DNA of 64,000 nucleotides from Microbacterium sp. (GCA_047605925.1 JASGEY010000028.1:141156-205155), one strand, 5' to 3'. Counted from the stretch's first letter, positions 39,743-55,289 are shown. The notes: generated by a model from the sequence alone, not told the origin. A program made the numbers and translations.

Positions 39743-41659
39743 GTGGAGAATTTCTCCGAGACCCAGAACGACTCGTCCGTTGTGAACGAGAACGCATCAT
39801 CCGTCATCGATTCGGCCGTAGCCGAGGCGTCGGCGCCAGTGCGCAAGCGCGCCCCGCGGCGTGCTACCACCGCTACCGCTGCGGCGTCCGCTGCACCGGC
39901 TGGCGCCGAGCCGGTTGCCGAGGCTGCGCCGATAGCGAAGGCGCCACGCCGCAGCCGTGCCAAGAAGGCGGATGCCGAGACGGTGGAGGCTCCGGCTGCG
40001 CCAGAGGCGGCGGCGAAGCCTGACGCGCCGGCCGTTGACGCTCCGATCTCAGACGCACAGGCGACCGCTGCGGGGGAGAGCCCCGATGCCCCCAAGGCTC
40101 CGCGTCGGCGTGGCGCGAAGAAGTCCGCTGAGACGGCTGAGACGCAGTCGGTGGTTCCTGCGGACGCTGCCGAGAGCGCTGTCGCCTCAGGTGCGGAGCC
40201 CGAGCGTGCAACCGCCTCTGCCGCGGCGCAGCCCCCGACAGAGGCGGCCGCAGCATCCGCCACCGAGCAAGGTGACGCAGGCGAGGAGCAGGGCGGCCGC
40301 GGCAGGGGTCGCAACCGCAATCGCAATCGCGGACGCGGCCAGAACGGTAGCCAGAATGGTGGCCAGAACGATGTCCCGCAGCAGCAGGGCGCCGTCGACG
40401 ACGACCAGGCTTCGACTAACGGTCGCAATCGCCAGCGCAATAAGCGTCGCGGGGCGAACACCGCCGACGAGTTCGAGACCGAGATCGGCGAGGACGACGT
40501 CCTCATCCCGATCGCCGGCATCCTCGATGTGCTCGACAACTACGCATTCGTGCGCACCACCGGCTACCTTGCGGGCCCCAGCGACGTCTACGTCTCTCTC
40601 GGTCAGGTCAAGAAGTACAACCTGCGCAAGGGTGACGCGATCGTCGGTGCCATCAAGCAGCCGCGCGAGGGCGAACAGCAGGGGCGCCAGAAGTACAACG
40701 CACTCGTCAAGGTCGATTCCGTCAACGGCCTGTCGGTCGATGACGCGGCCAATAGGGTCGAGTTCGCAAAGCTCACCCCGCTGTATCCGCAGGAGCGTCT
40801 GCGCCTGGAAACCGCGCCTGAGAAGTTGACGCAGCGGATCATCGACCTGGTTGCGCCGATCGGCAAGGGGCAGCGCGGGCTCATCGTCGCTCCTCCGAAG
40901 GCAGGCAAAACGATCGTGCTGCAGCAGATCGCCAACGCGATCGCGATCAACAACCCCGAGGTTCACCTCATGGTGGTGCTCGTCGACGAGCGCCCAGAAG
41001 AGGTCACCGACATGCAGCGTTCGGTCAAGGGCGAGGTCATCGCATCGACCTTCGACCGACCGGCAGAAGACCACACGACCGTGGCCGAGCTTGCGATTGA
41101 GCGCGCCAAGCGACTCGTCGAGCTGGGCCGCGACGTCGTCGTGCTCCTCGACTCGATCACCCGTCTCGGCCGCGCGTACAACCTGGCGGCCCCCGCCTCT
41201 GGACGGGTACTCACCGGTGGGGTCGACGCCTCGGCGCTGTACCCGCCGAAGCGCTTCTTCGGTGCTGCGCGCAACATCGAGAACGGCGGTTCCCTGACGA
41301 TCCTCGCCACCGCTCTGGTCGAAACGGGATCCAAGATGGACGAGGTCATCTTCGAGGAGTTCAAGGGCACAGGAAACAGCGAACTGCGCCTGTCGCGTCA
41401 ACTCGCCGACAAGCGGATCTTCCCCGCCGTGGATGTGAATGCCTCCAGCACCCGCCGCGAGGAGATGCTGCTGTCGCCCGACGAGGTCAAGATCACCTGG
41501 AAGCTGCGACGCGCCCTGGCTGGTCTCGATCACCAGCAGGCGCTCGAAGTGGTGCTCGGCAAGCTCAAGGAGACGAACTCCAACGTCGAGTTCCTCATCC
41601 AGATGCAGAAGTCGATTCCGACGCTGCCCGCTGGCGGTCACGACAGCAACATCCGCTGA
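39743..41659 (+). CDS. rho: Transcription termination factor Rho with long N-terminal insertion
   Basis: [40 protein letters not shown]; GTG at 39743 after GGGAG RBS. Confidence 0.97.
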   Translation: MENFSETQNDSSVVNENASSVIDSAVAEASAPVRKRAPRRATTATAAASAAPAGAEPVAEAAPIAKAPRRSRAKKADAETVEAPAAPEAAAKPDAPAVDAPISDAQATAAGESPDAPKAPRRRGAKKSAETAETQSVVPADAAESAVASGAEPERATASAAAQPPTEAAAASATEQGDAGEEQGGRGRGRNRNRNRGRGQNGSQNGGQNDVPQQQGAVDDDQASTNGRNRQRNKRRGANTADEFETEIGEDDVLIPIAGILDVLDNYAFVRTTGYLAGPSDVYVSLGQVKKYNLRKGDAIVGAIKQPREGEQQGRQKYNALVKVDSVNGLSVDDAANRVEFAKLTPLYPQERLRLETAPEKLTQRIIDLVAPIGKGQRGLIVAPPKAGKTIVLQQIANAIAINNPEVHLMVVLVDERPEEVTDMQRSVKGEVIASTFDRPAEDHTTVAELAIERAKRLVELGRDVVVLLDSITRLGRAYNLAAPASGRVLTGGVDASALYPPKRFFGAARNIENGGSLTILATALVETGSKMDEVIFEEFKGTGNSELRLSRQLADKRIFPAVDVNASSTRREEMLLSPDEVKITWKLRRALAGLDHQQALEVVLGKLKETNSNVEFLIQMQKSIPTLPAGGHDSNIR

Positions 41660-41670
41660 GCGTCGGTGTC

Positions 41671-42750
41671 GTGTTCGAGTCCGTTCAGTCGCTGATCGAC
41701 GAGCATCGCAGGGTCCAGGAGGAACTCTCCGACCCGGCGGTGCACGCAGACGCCGCACGGGCGAAGCGCGTGAATCGGCGTTACGCGGAGTTGTCGCGGA
41801 TCGTCGCCGCTCACGATGCGTGGGTGGCGGCATCCGACGATCTCGACGCCGCTCGCGAGCTCGCCCGCGAAGATGAGGCATTCGCCGCTGAGGTGCCGAC
41901 GCTCGAAGAGAGTGTGCAGGCTGCGCAGGAGAGACTGCGACGGTTGCTCATTCCCCGCGATCCAGACGACGCACGCGACGTCATCATGGAGATCAAGGCG
42001 GGGGAGGGCGGCGCCGAAAGCGCACTGTTCGCCGCCGACCTGCTGCGCATGTACGTCCAGTACGCGGCCTCGAAAGGGTGGAAGACAGAGTTGCTGGAGC
42101 GCAACGAGTCCGACCTGGGCGGCTATAAGGACGTCCAGATCGCGATCAAGGGGTCATCGAGCGACCCTGCTCAGGGTGTCTGGGCCCACCTCAAGTACGA
42201 GGGTGGCGTTCACCGAGTGCAGCGGGTGCCTGCGACTGAGTCGCAGGGGCGCATTCACACGTCGACCACTGGCGTGCTGGTCTTTCCCGAGGTCGATGAG
42301 CCCGAGGAGATTCAGGTCGATCAGAACGATCTGAAGATCGACGTCTTCCGCTCGTCAGGCCCTGGCGGCCAGTCGGTGAACACGACCGATTCTGCGGTGC
42401 GCATCACGCACGTTCCCACGGGGATCGTGGTGTCGATGCAGAACGAGAAATCGCAGTTGCAGAACCGTGAGGCTGCGATGCGCGTGCTGCGCGCCCGTTT
42501 GCTGGCGAAGCAGCAGGAGGAGTTGGATGCTGCAGCATCCGACGCCCGCAGGTCGCAGATCCGCGGTATGGATCGCTCCGAGCGCATCCGCACCTACAAC
42601 TTTCCCGAGAACCGCATCGCCGACCATCGCACCGGGTTCAAGGCGTACAACCTCGATCAGGTGATGGACGGGGCGCTGGAGCCGATCATCGAGAGCGCGA
42701 TTCAGGCTGATGAAGAGGCCCGCTTGGCTGCTCTCGGCCAGGTGGGCTGA
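41671..42750 (+). CDS. prfA: Peptide chain release factor 1
   Basis: [12 protein letters not shown] (PxT), [15 protein letters not shown]. Confidence 0.97.
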   Translation: MFESVQSLIDEHRRVQEELSDPAVHADAARAKRVNRRYAELSRIVAAHDAWVAASDDLDAARELAREDEAFAAEVPTLEESVQAAQERLRRLLIPRDPDDARDVIMEIKAGEGGAESALFAADLLRMYVQYAASKGWKTELLERNESDLGGYKDVQIAIKGSSSDPAQGVWAHLKYEGGVHRVQRVPATESQGRIHTSTTGVLVFPEVDEPEEIQVDQNDLKIDVFRSSGPGGQSVNTTDSAVRITHVPTGIVVSMQNEKSQLQNREAAMRVLRARLLAKQQEELDAAASDARRSQIRGMDRSERIRTYNFPENRIADHRTGFKAYNLDQVMDGALEPIIESAIQADEEARLAALGQVG

Positions 42751-42847
42751 GGCCCTATCGATCCCGCGGTCGGTGGCGGGCGCAGCTTCGTCCCCGTTCG
42801 TGAAATTCGGGCGGACTGGTGGCATGCGTCCTCGGGGCCGATGCCGA

Positions 42848-43167
42848 TCAGAGAGCTACAGCCAGCCGTTCGACGGGCTGTCCGGTGGTCTTGGCGATCA
42901 TCTCGAAGTCCTTGTCCACATGCAATACCAAGAGTCCCCACTCCTCGGCGATCACTGCGATCAGCAGATCGGCGACAGGCGGTGCACGGGCGGCCGACGG
43001 AGCTTGCTCTCCCAGTCGACCCGATTCACGACGGAGAATCCGATTTCGAGCAACGTGGGCGTCGCGATCTGTACCAGGCCGCGTTCGATGCGTGAGAACC
43101 ACAGCTCCGCGTCGCGAGCGCGGCCCATGAGCGCGAGAGCCGACTTGTCGACCAGCCAGGAAGTCAT
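42848..43167 (-). pseudogene. vapC: VapC PIN toxin pseudogene (VapC2/Rv0301-like)
   Basis: N-part [21 protein letters not shown] and C-part [20 protein letters not shown] are in different frames, with the central segment missing. Confidence 0.85.
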
Positions 43168-43170
43168 CCG

Positions 43171-43382
43171 CTAGTGCCAGGCCGCAGCCATGAACTCCTC
43201 GTCGGCAAGCGCCTTGAATTGCGCAAAGTCCTCGCTGTGCAATGCCGTCTCGACCGGTCGTGAGCGTCGGCGATCATGCGGCGCCTCAGATACTCTGCGC
43301 GTGACAGACCCAGCGCAACTGCCTTCTCGTCGATGCGACGTATGTCGATCTCTGGGACATTACGGATCAGGATATCGGTCAT
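43171..43382 (-). pseudogene. vapB: VapB RHH antitoxin (VapB2/Rv0300-like), frameshifted
   Basis: MTDILIRNVP..LGLSRAEYLRRR; native tail [12 protein letters not shown] is in another frame after about 43262. Confidence 0.8.
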
Positions 43383-43401
43383 CAGAGGAGGCTCTTTCTG
43401 T

Positions 43402-43432
43402 GCGATATCGTGCCTGTCGAACAAGATATCGC
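43402..43432. promoter_or_regulatory. Inverted repeat, putative VapB autoregulatory operator
   Basis: GCGATATC-N15-GATATCGC just upstream of vapB; a third GATATC at 43371. Confidence 0.55.
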
Positions 43433-43465
43433 GCGGGTGCTCGTGTGCTTCTCAACTCCTGAGCC

Positions 43466-44044
43466 TCAGATCGAGTAGTCGGGAGCTGAAAGCAGATGCG
43501 CGATGTTCTCGCCTGGCACGCGGGAGCGCACCTTGGCCGGGATTCCGGTCAGCACAGAGTCCGCACGGGCGTCCTTCGTTACCACGGCGTTCGCGCCGAT
43601 GGCGCTGCCTGCCCCGATCACGATCGGCCCGAGAATCTTGGCGCCGGCACCGACGACGACGCCGTCTTCGAGCGTAGGGTGCCGTTTACCGGCATCCCTC
43701 GTGCGCCCTCCGAGGGTAACGCCGTGGTAGAGCATCACGTCATCGCCGATCTCTGCTGTCTCGCCGATCACGACGCCCATGCCGTGGTCGATGAAGAAAC
43801 GGCGGCCGATCGTCGCACCGGGGTGGATCTCGATGCCCGTCAGCCACCGGGCTACCTGTGAGAGAAGACGTGCAGGAAAACGCAGACCGCGCACCCACAG
43901 CGCATGGTTGACTCGATGGGCCCAGATCGCGTGCAAGCCAGGGTAGAGCAGGGCGATCTCCAGGCTGCTGCGCGCAGCGGGGTCGCGAAGACGGGCGGAT
44001 GCGATGTCCTCTCGCATCCGCCCGATCATGGTGCCGAGGCGCAT
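43466..44044 (-). CDS. cysE: Serine O-acetyltransferase
   Basis: [33 protein letters not shown] hexapeptide repeats. Confidence 0.95.
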   Translation of the reverse strand: MRLGTMIGRMREDIASARLRDPAARSSLEIALLYPGLHAIWAHRVNHALWVRGLRFPARLLSQVARWLTGIEIHPGATIGRRFFIDHGMGVVIGETAEIGDDVMLYHGVTLGGRTRDAGKRHPTLEDGVVVGAGAKILGPIVIGAGSAIGANAVVTKDARADSVLTGIPAKVRSRVPGENIAHLLSAPDYSI

Positions 44045-44982
44045 CAGTCCTCGCGCAGGTCCTCGAACAGTGCGGTGGAGAGGTAGCGCTCTCCTGTGTC
44101 GGGGATCACGACGACGATCTTCTTGCCCGCGTTCTCGGGGCGGGCAGCGACCTGCAGCGCCGCCCAGGCCGCTGCACCGCTGGAGATGCCGACGAGCAGA
44201 CCCTCCCTGGCGGCGAGAGCACGCGAGGTGGCGATGGCGTCTTCGAACTCAACCGTGACGACCTCGTCGAAGACGGTGGTGTCGAGAATCGGGGGGACGA
44301 AGTTCGGGCCGATGCCCTGAATCTTCGCCGGCCCGGGGGTGCCCTGGGAGAGCAGCGGCGACGCGGCCGGCTCGACGGCGACGACCTGGACACCGGGCTT
44401 GCGCTCCTTCAGCACCTGGCCGACACCGGTGATGGTTCCGCCGGTTCCGATCCCGGCGACGAAGATGTCGACCTCGCCGTCGGTGTCGCGCCAGATCTCC
44501 TCGGCGGTGGTGCGACGGTGGATCTCCGCGTTCGCGGCGTTCTCGAACTGGTGCGCGAGCACGGCGCCCGGGGTCTCGGCTGCGATGCGGTCGGCCTCAG
44601 CGACAGCGCCCTTCATGCCGAGCGCAGGGTCGGTGAGGACCAGCTGGGCGCCGAAGGCCTTAAGCAGGACGCGGCGCTCCTTTGACATTGATGCCGGCAT
44701 GGTCAGGATGACGTTGTACCCACGGGCAGCACCGACGAGCGAGAGCGCGATACCGGTGTTGCCGCTGGTCGCCTCGACGATCGCGCCGCCAGGCTTCAGC
44801 GAACCGTCCGTCTCGGCGGCGTCGATGATGGCGATACCGAGGCGGTCTTTGACGCTGGAGCCCGGGTTGAAGTATTCGAGCTTGGCGAGCACCGTGGCAC
44901 CGAGGCCCTCGGTGACGTGGTTCAGCTGGACCAGCGGCGTGTTACCGAAGGCGGAGGTGATATCGGAGTGGATGCCGGGCAT
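44044..44982 (-). CDS. cysK: Cysteine synthase A
   Basis: [41 protein letters not shown]. Confidence 0.96.
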   Translation of the reverse strand: MPGIHSDITSAFGNTPLVQLNHVTEGLGATVLAKLEYFNPGSSVKDRLGIAIIDAAETDGSLKPGGAIVEATSGNTGIALSLVGAARGYNVILTMPASMSKERRVLLKAFGAQLVLTDPALGMKGAVAEADRIAAETPGAVLAHQFENAANAEIHRRTTAEEIWRDTDGEVDIFVAGIGTGGTITGVGQVLKERKPGVQVVAVEPAASPLLSQGTPGPAKIQGIGPNFVPPILDTTVFDEVVTVEFEDAIATSRALAAREGLLVGISSGAAAWAALQVAARPENAGKKIVVVIPDTGERYLSTALFEDLRED

Positions 44983-45081
44983 GGATGAGCCTTTCCTGAT
45001 CGGGGTGACTGGGGTCAGCCTAGGGGAGTGGGCGATCCGACGCGGATATGTGACACCACGTTGCACTCTACGCTTGGGGTC

Positions 45082-45942
45082 ATGCCCGTCAATACCATCG
45101 CCGCGCTCGTGCGCGCTGGAGCGCTTCGGCTTGCCGAGGCCGGTGTGCCCGATCCGCAGGTTGACGCCGAACTCCTCGCCGGCCACGTCCTCTCGATGAG
45201 CCGGGGTGAGGTTCAGGCGGCGATCGTGCGTCACGACGCGATTGCAGACAGCGACATCACAGCCTTCGAGGCGCTCATCGAGCGGCGCAGTGGCAGGGAG
45301 CCGTTACAACACATCACAGGGATCGCGCCGTTTCGTCATCTCGAGCTCGCGGTCGGCCCAGGCGTGTTCGTCCCTCGACCCGAAACCGAGACCGTGGTGC
45401 AGTACGCGATCGACGCTCTGCTCAGCGATGCGGATCCGTCGCCGATCGGCGTTGACCTGGGCACAGGCAGCGGCGCGATCGCCCTGGCTCTGGCGACGGA
45501 GGTGCCGCACGCTCGCATTTACGCGGCCGAGCTGTCTCCGGACGCATTCGCGTGGGCCGAGCGCAACGCTGAGGGCATCACGAACCTCACCCTGGTCAAC
45601 GTCGACCTGGCACACGCCTTCCCTGAGCTCAATGGCACAGCATCCGTCGTCATCTCCAATCCTCCGTATGTTCCGGACGCCGCGGTCCCCCGTGATCCTG
45701 AAGTCCGCCTCTTCGACCCTGCGCTGGCCCTGTACGGGGGAGAAGACGGGCTCGACGTGGTACGTGTGCTCAGTGCTCGCGGCCTCGAGCTGCTGCGTCG
45801 CGGTGGACTGCTCGTGATCGAGCATGGCGAGCTTCAGGGCGAGCAGATTCGCACCATTCTCACCGCCGATGGATGGCGTTCTGCCTCCACCCACCGCGAC
45901 CTCACTCTTCGCGATCGCGCGACCACGGCGATCCGTCCGTGA
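45082..45942 (+). CDS. prmC: Release factor glutamine methyltransferase
   Basis: [27 protein letters not shown]. Confidence 0.95.
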   Translation: MPVNTIAALVRAGALRLAEAGVPDPQVDAELLAGHVLSMSRGEVQAAIVRHDAIADSDITAFEALIERRSGREPLQHITGIAPFRHLELAVGPGVFVPRPETETVVQYAIDALLSDADPSPIGVDLGTGSGAIALALATEVPHARIYAAELSPDAFAWAERNAEGITNLTLVNVDLAHAFPELNGTASVVISNPPYVPDAAVPRDPEVRLFDPALALYGGEDGLDVVRVLSARGLELLRRGGLLVIEHGELQGEQIRTILTADGWRSASTHRDLTLRDRATTAIRP

Positions 45943-46006
45943 CCGGTGGCGCGGAGTCAGACACCGCGGCGGGTGCTCAGCAGTCCCCGGATAGAATCGA
46001 CGGGTC

Positions 46007-46696
46007 ATGACTACGATCTTCGACTGTGCCGACGAGGCAGAACTGCTTGCTGGTATGCGCCACGCGCGGCAGGCTGTCGGCCGCGGTGAGCTCATCGTCA
46101 TTCCTACCGATACCGTGTACGGCGTCGCCGCTGACGCATTCTCGCCGGTTGCGGTGCAGCGGCTGCTCGATGCCAAAGGTCGCGGTCGCGACCAGCCGCC
46201 GCCTGTGCTGATCGGGGCTGCCGAGACCTTGGTCGCCCTCGCAGAGCGCGTCCCAGAACCTGTGCAGCGTCTTGTCGACGCATTCTGGCCGGGTGGCCTC
46301 ACGATCGTGCTGCCGTCGCAGCCATCGTTGCTGTGGGACCTGGGCGAGACTCAGGGAACGGTGGCGGTGCGGATGCCGGAAGGGCGGGTCGTGCTCGAAC
46401 TGCTCGCCGAGACCGGTCCGCTCGCGGTCTCCAGCGCGAACCTCACCGGGGCGCCTGCGGCGCTGACCGCCGCCGACGCCGAGACGATGCTGGGTGACAG
46501 CGTTGCGGTCTATCTGGATGGCGGCCCTATCGGAGACGGCGTTGCATCGACCATCATCGATGCGACCTCGCTCGTCACTGATGAGCACGGGGGAACGGTG
46601 CGGATTCTCCGTCACGGCGCCGTGAGTCGGGCGCAGCTCGAGGAGGTCATCGGCGAGTTGCTCGAGGCGGATGCGGATTCGGATGCGGATTCGTGA
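46007..46696 (+). CDS. tsaC: L-threonylcarbamoyladenylate synthase (Sua5/YrdC)
   Basis: PTDTVYG, KGRGRDQPPP, FWPGGLT, SSAN. Confidence 0.93.
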   Translation: MTTIFDCADEAELLAGMRHARQAVGRGELIVIPTDTVYGVAADAFSPVAVQRLLDAKGRGRDQPPPVLIGAAETLVALAERVPEPVQRLVDAFWPGGLTIVLPSQPSLLWDLGETQGTVAVRMPEGRVVLELLAETGPLAVSSANLTGAPAALTAADAETMLGDSVAVYLDGGPIGDGVASTIIDATSLVTDEHGGTVRILRHGAVSRAQLEEVIGELLEADADSDADS

Positions 46697-47862
46697 AGCA
46701 GTATCTCTTCACGATCATCCTCACCGCAGCGCTCACGTTCGCGTTGACTGCGGTGGTGTGGAGATTGAGCCTGCGGTTCAAGCTTTATCCAGGCATCCGT
46801 GAGCGCGATGTCCACAAGACGCCGACTCCGCGGCTTGGCGGAGTGGCGATCTTCTTCGGTATTGCGATCGCTTTCGGCGTGTCGGCCGCGAATCCCTTCT
46901 TCTCGACAATCTGGGTGCCACCGCAGGCGATGTGGTCGATCCTGGGTGCTGCCCTCCTGATTGCCGTGATCGGCGTGGTCGACGACCTGTGGGACCTCGA
47001 CTGGATGGTCAAGCTCGGCGCCCAGTTCCTGGCGGCAGGCATCATCACGATCGGTGGTGGCCTGCAGATTCTGTCGCTGCCGTTCGGTGACATGCTCGTG
47101 TTCTCCAGCGCGCTCAGCATCACGATGACGATCTTCGCGATCGTCATCGTGATGAATGCGGTGAACTTCATCGATGGCCTTGACGGCCTCGTCGCCGGTG
47201 TCTGTTTGATCGCGAACGGCGTCTTCTTCGCCTATTCGTACATCGTGACTCGTGATTCAGGAGCTTCCAGCTTCTTCACCCTGTCGACTTTTCTCGCTGC
47301 AGTGCTGATCGGCGCCTGCCTCGGGTTCCTCCCGATGAACTGGAGCCCGGCGAAAATCTTCATGGGTGACTCCGGAGCACTCGTGCTGGGGCTTTTGATG
47401 GCGACGTCGGCGATCTCTCTCACAGGGCAGCTCGATCCATCGGTGATCGACCCGGAGCGTATCGGCCGCTCGGGCCTGCTCGGCGCGTTCATCCCGATCC
47501 TGTTGCCTTTGCTGGTGGTCGTGCTGCCGCTGCTCGACTTCGGCTTGGCTGTGCTGCGTCGGATGAGCGCAGGAAAGTCGCCGTTCTCACCTGACCGCAA
47601 GCACCTGCATCATCGGATGCTCGATCTGGGGCATCGTGATCGTGATGCCGTCCTGATCTTCTACGCGTGGACCGCCGTCATCTCTCTTGCTGTGTTGCTC
47701 ATGTATGTGGGCGCGCGCGAGGACTGGCCGGGCCAATACCTGCCAGGCGTCGGGTTCGGTGTCGTGGGGATCGCGGCGTGCCTGGTGATCACGCTGAATC
47801 CTTCCCGACGTCGGCGGCGTGCTGCCACAGCCCGACCCGAACAGACCCCAGTGGAGCCTTGA
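46693..47862 (+). CDS. wecA: MraY-family undecaprenyl-phosphate GlcNAc-1-phosphate transferase (WecA/TagO/Rfe)
   Basis: HKTPTPRLGG, DD motif, NAVNFIDGLDGL, FMGDSG, HLHH. Confidence 0.88.
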   Translation: MKQYLFTIILTAALTFALTAVVWRLSLRFKLYPGIRERDVHKTPTPRLGGVAIFFGIAIAFGVSAANPFFSTIWVPPQAMWSILGAALLIAVIGVVDDLWDLDWMVKLGAQFLAAGIITIGGGLQILSLPFGDMLVFSSALSITMTIFAIVIVMNAVNFIDGLDGLVAGVCLIANGVFFAYSYIVTRDSGASSFFTLSTFLAAVLIGACLGFLPMNWSPAKIFMGDSGALVLGLLMATSAISLTGQLDPSVIDPERIGRSGLLGAFIPILLPLLVVVLPLLDFGLAVLRRMSAGKSPFSPDRKHLHHRMLDLGHRDRDAVLIFYAWTAVISLAVLLMYVGAREDWPGQYLPGVGFGVVGIAACLVITLNPSRRRRRAATARPEQTPVEP

Positions 47863-48339
47863 ATGAGCCCGAGTCCCGTTTCCAGTACGCCGATCCTCAA
47901 GCGAACACTGATCTGGTCGGCGGCTTTTGCAGGCGTGCTTGCCATCGTTGCCGGTATCGCTGGCTTCCTCATCGCTGAGACTCCCGGCCTTGTCAGCGGA
48001 CTGCTCGGGGTACTGATCGCTGCGGTGTTCCTGGCGATCACCGGTATCAGCATCCTTATCGCCAATCGCTGGTATGACGACCCGATCTATGTGCAGCTGT
48101 TCTTCGCGATCGTGCTCGGTGGATGGCTTCTCAAGCTCGGTGTGTTCTTCATGATCATGGTGCTCGTCAGTGGGCAGCCATGGATGCACCCGACGATCTT
48201 CCTGGTGTCGCTTGTCGTCGGCGTGGTGATCTCCCTGGCGGTCGATGTCGTTGTGCTGATGAAAATGCGTCTTCCGGTCGTCAGTGACGTGTCGCTGCCG
48301 ACCGAGGTGCCAGAGGATCGGGCGCCCGGAGCGTCTTAG
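47863..48339 (+). CDS. Four-TM membrane protein, AtpI-like by position
   Basis: Hydrophobic, immediately upstream of atpB. Confidence 0.65.
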   Translation: MSPSPVSSTPILKRTLIWSAAFAGVLAIVAGIAGFLIAETPGLVSGLLGVLIAAVFLAITGISILIANRWYDDPIYVQLFFAIVLGGWLLKLGVFFMIMVLVSGQPWMHPTIFLVSLVVGVVISLAVDVVVLMKMRLPVVSDVSLPTEVPEDRAPGAS

Positions 48340-48486
48340 GAGACCCTCAGATTCTGATAGTGTTGAGATGTGCCCGCCGCTCGTCCGCGAGCGCTTGCGC
48401 TGTGAAGCACACCGACCATCGTCGCCCCGGTTCTGACCGGTGCCCCGAAGCTGGAGCCCGCGCTGTTCAATCTTGCTGCGACCCTG

Positions 48487-49552
<1,066 letters not shown>

Positions 49553-49577
49553 CCGTCGACTTCGATAAGGAGACAGG

Positions 49578-50129
49578 ATGCTGAACGCTCTTGTCACGTC
49601 CGCAACGGAAGAGGCGGCGCACAACCCGCTGATCCCCGCGTGGTACGACATCATCTGGTCGGGTCTGTGCTTCGTCATCATCCTGCTCGTCGTATGGCGC
49701 GTAGCGCTGCCGAAGATGTATGCACTGCTGGATGCGCGCTCCGCGGCCATCGAGGGCAACATCGCGAAGGCCGACGAAGCTCAGAAGCAGGCAGAGGCCG
49801 CGCTCGAGGAGTACACTCGCCAGCTCGCTGAGGCACGCACCGAGGCCGGTGAGATCCGCGAGTCCGCCCGCGAAGACGGCAAGAAGATCATCGCCGAGGC
49901 GAAGGATGCTGCGACCAGCGAGGCCGCGCGCATCACCGCCACCGCACACACGCAGATCGAGGCCGAGCGTCAGGCGGCCCTGGTGTCCCTGCGCAGCGAG
50001 GTGGGCACGCTTGCCCTCGATCTCGCCGGCGGAGTCGTTGGTGAGACGCTGTCCGACGATGCGCGGGCGACCGCTGTCGTCGATCGCTTCCTCGCGGAGC
50101 TCGAGGCGTCAGAGAAGGCGGCTCAGTAA
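49578..50129 (+). CDS. atpF: ATP synthase F0 subunit b
   Basis: Single TM plus coiled coil; operon position. Confidence 0.95.
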   Translation: MLNALVTSATEEAAHNPLIPAWYDIIWSGLCFVIILLVVWRVALPKMYALLDARSAAIEGNIAKADEAQKQAEAALEEYTRQLAEARTEAGEIRESAREDGKKIIAEAKDAATSEAARITATAHTQIEAERQAALVSLRSEVGTLALDLAGGVVGETLSDDARATAVVDRFLAELEASEKAAQ

Positions 50130-50917
50130 TGGGCAGCGCGACCACTCAGGCACGTGCGGCATCCACCAAGGCGCTTGCCGCAGCGTCGGCCGTCACCATC
50201 GACACTGCGCGCGAGCTGTTTGCCGCCGCGCACGCCGTTGGCGAGTCGTCGCAGCTGAGCGGCGCGCTTGCCGACCCTGCGGCTCCGACGCTGGCGCGAC
50301 AAAATGTCGTGTCGGCGGTGTTCGGCGCATTCTCCCAGGACGCGCAGCAGGTGCTGAAGGCGGTTGTTGCCCAGCGTTGGTCGAATGCCGATGATCTTGT
50401 CGATGGAATCGACGAGCTCGCTATTCGCGCAGCCGCGATCGCCGAGCCCAAGGCTGACATCGAGGGTGAGCTGTTCGGCTTCTCCCGCGTGATCGCCCAG
50501 AACTCCGAGCTCGAGCTCGCTCTGGGAGGCCGTCTCGGCGGGGCGGCAGCGAAAGCGGCGCTCGTCGAGCGACTGTTGGCAACCGGTGTCAGCACGGCGA
50601 CATTGGTGATCGTCTCGTCACTGGTCAGCCACCCGCGAGGCCGTCGAGTGCGACAGTTGCTGAACCGGGCGATGACCATCGTTTCCAGCCAGCGCGGACG
50701 CGTTGTCGCCACGGTGCACAGCGCTTCACCGCTCAGCGACGCACAGCGCACCAGGCTCAGCGCGGCTCTGTCGAGCCGTTATGAGGGTCAGGTGTCTCTC
50801 AACGTGGTTATCGACCCCGCCGTCGTCGGAGGCCTGCGTGTGCAGATCGCCGATGATGTCATCGACGGCAGCATCGCAGCCCGTCTCGCAGACCTTCGCC
50901 AGAAGCTCGCGGGCTAA
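50129..50917 (+). CDS. atpH: ATP synthase F1 delta (long actinobacterial form)
   Basis: [22 protein letters not shown]. Confidence 0.95.
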   Translation: MGSATTQARAASTKALAAASAVTIDTARELFAAAHAVGESSQLSGALADPAAPTLARQNVVSAVFGAFSQDAQQVLKAVVAQRWSNADDLVDGIDELAIRAAAIAEPKADIEGELFGFSRVIAQNSELELALGGRLGGAAAKAALVERLLATGVSTATLVIVSSLVSHPRGRRVRQLLNRAMTIVSSQRGRVVATVHSASPLSDAQRTRLSAALSSRYEGQVSLNVVIDPAVVGGLRVQIADDVIDGSIAARLADLRQKLAG

Positions 50918-50964
50918 TACGACTTCGCGCGGGGGACCGCGCACCCAGATACAAAGGGAAGACA

Positions 50965-52605
50965 ATGGCAGAACTATCGATCAGCCCCGACGTCATCCGT
51001 GACGCGCTGAAGGACTTCGCTGCGGCGTACGAGCCCACTGGCGCGCAGGCGACCGAGGTCGGCACCGTCATCGACGCCGCCGACGGTATCGCCCACGTCG
51101 AGGGACTGCCCGGCGTCATGGCGAACGAGCTTGTGACGTTCGCGGACGGCACCAAGGGCCTGGCGCTGAACCTCGACGAGCACGAGATCGGCGTGGTCAT
51201 TCTCGGCGACTTCACCGGCATCGAGGCCGGTCAGGAAGTCACCCGTACGGGCGAGGTTCTCTCGGTTCCGGTCGGCGACGGATACCTCGGCCGCGTGGTC
51301 GACCCGCTCGGCAACCCCATCGACGGCCTCGGCGCGATTGCGACAGAGGGGGTCCGCGAGCTTGAGCTCCAGGCACCGGGCGTCATGCAGCGCAAGAGCG
51401 TGCACGAGCCGATGCAGACGGGCATCAAGGCGATCGACGCGATGATCCCGGTCGGTCGCGGTCAGCGTCAGCTGATCATCGGCGACCGCCAGACCGGCAA
51501 GACGGCCATTGCAATCGACACGATCATCAACCAGAAGGCCAACTGGGAGTCGGGCGACGTCAACAAGCAGGTTCGCTGCATCTACGTCGCTATCGGTCAG
51601 AAGGGCTCGACCATTGCTTCGGTGAAGGGCGCCCTCGAAGAGGCGGGTGCGCTGGAGTACACCACGATCGTGGCCGCTCCGGCATCCGACCCCGCCGGCT
51701 TCAAATACCTGGCGCCGTACACGGGTTCTGCCATCGGCCAGCACTGGATGTACGGCGGCAAGCACGTCCTCATCATCTTCGACGACCTGTCGAAGCAGGC
51801 CGAGGCATACCGTGCCGTGTCTCTGCTGCTGCGCCGCCCGCCGGGCCGCGAGGCGTACCCTGGCGACGTCTTCTACCTGCACTCGCGTCTGCTCGAGCGC
51901 TGCGCGAAGCTGTCCGACGAGCTCGGTGCCGGCTCGATGACGGGTCTTCCGATCATCGAGACCAAGGCGAACGACGTCTCGGCGTACATTCCGACCAACG
52001 TGATTTCGATCACTGACGGACAGATCTTCCTCCAGTCCGACCTGTTCAACGCCAACCAGCGTCCGGCGGTCGACGTGGGTATTTCGGTCTCCCGTGTCGG
52101 TGGTGACGCTCAGGTCAAGTCGATCAAGAAGGTCTCCGGAACCTTGAAGCTCGAGCTGGCGCAGTACCGCTCGCTCGAAGCCTTCGCGATGTTCGCATCA
52201 GACCTTGACCAGGCTTCGCGTCGTCAGCTCGCGCGCGGTGCACGCCTCACCGAACTGCTCAAGCAGCCGCAGTACTCGCCGTACCCCGTTGAGGAGCAGG
52301 TCGTCTCGATCTGGGCCGGAACCAACGGCAAGCTCGACTCGATCGAGGTCGAAGACGTGCTGCGCTTCGAGCGCGAACTCCTCGACTACCTGCGTCGCAA
52401 CACTAAGGTTCTCGACACGCTGCGTGAGACCAACGTCCTCGACGACGGTACGGTTGCAAAACTTGAGAAGCAGACGGATGCTTTCATCCTGGAGTTCCAG
52501 GGTGGCAAGGGGCACGCCATCGGCGCACCGGGCCACGAGGAGTTCGCTCCGGCCGATCCCGAGGATGTCGACCAGGAGAAGATCGTCAAGGGTCGTCGCG
52601 CGTAA
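50965..52605 (+). CDS. atpA: ATP synthase F1 alpha
   Basis: [31 protein letters not shown]. Confidence 0.99.
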   Translation: MAELSISPDVIRDALKDFAAAYEPTGAQATEVGTVIDAADGIAHVEGLPGVMANELVTFADGTKGLALNLDEHEIGVVILGDFTGIEAGQEVTRTGEVLSVPVGDGYLGRVVDPLGNPIDGLGAIATEGVRELELQAPGVMQRKSVHEPMQTGIKAIDAMIPVGRGQRQLIIGDRQTGKTAIAIDTIINQKANWESGDVNKQVRCIYVAIGQKGSTIASVKGALEEAGALEYTTIVAAPASDPAGFKYLAPYTGSAIGQHWMYGGKHVLIIFDDLSKQAEAYRAVSLLLRRPPGREAYPGDVFYLHSRLLERCAKLSDELGAGSMTGLPIIETKANDVSAYIPTNVISITDGQIFLQSDLFNANQRPAVDVGISVSRVGGDAQVKSIKKVSGTLKLELAQYRSLEAFAMFASDLDQASRRQLARGARLTELLKQPQYSPYPVEEQVVSIWAGTNGKLDSIEVEDVLRFERELLDYLRRNTKVLDTLRETNVLDDGTVAKLEKQTDAFILEFQGGKGHAIGAPGHEEFAPADPEDVDQEKIVKGRRA

Positions 52606-52624
52606 CGCGTGAGGTACTGAACTT

Positions 52625-55001
<2,377 letters not shown>

Positions 55002-55003
55002 TC

Positions 55004-55279
55004 ATGGCATCCTCTTCCGCCTATCTGCAGGTCAGGCTGGTGTCCGCTGAAGCGGAGGTCTGGACGGGCACGGCGAGCCTCGTGGTCGCCAAGACCGTCG
55101 AGGGTGAGATCGGCTTCATGACCGGCCATGAGCCGGTATTGGCGATTCTCGCTGAGGGCGAGGTCCGCATCACCAAGGAAGACGGCACGAAGGTGTTGGC
55201 GAACGCACAGGACGGGTTCGTCTCCATGGACGGCAACGACCTGACGATCGTTGCAGGACACGCCGCACTGATCGCCTGA
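55004..55279 (+). CDS. atpC: ATP synthase F1 epsilon (N-terminal domain only)
   Basis: LVSAEAEVW, GEIGFMTGHEP; 91 aa. Confidence 0.93.
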   Translation: MASSSAYLQVRLVSAEAEVWTGTASLVVAKTVEGEIGFMTGHEPVLAILAEGEVRITKEDGTKVLANAQDGFVSMDGNDLTIVAGHAALIA

Positions 55280-55289
55280 TAGCTACGCA

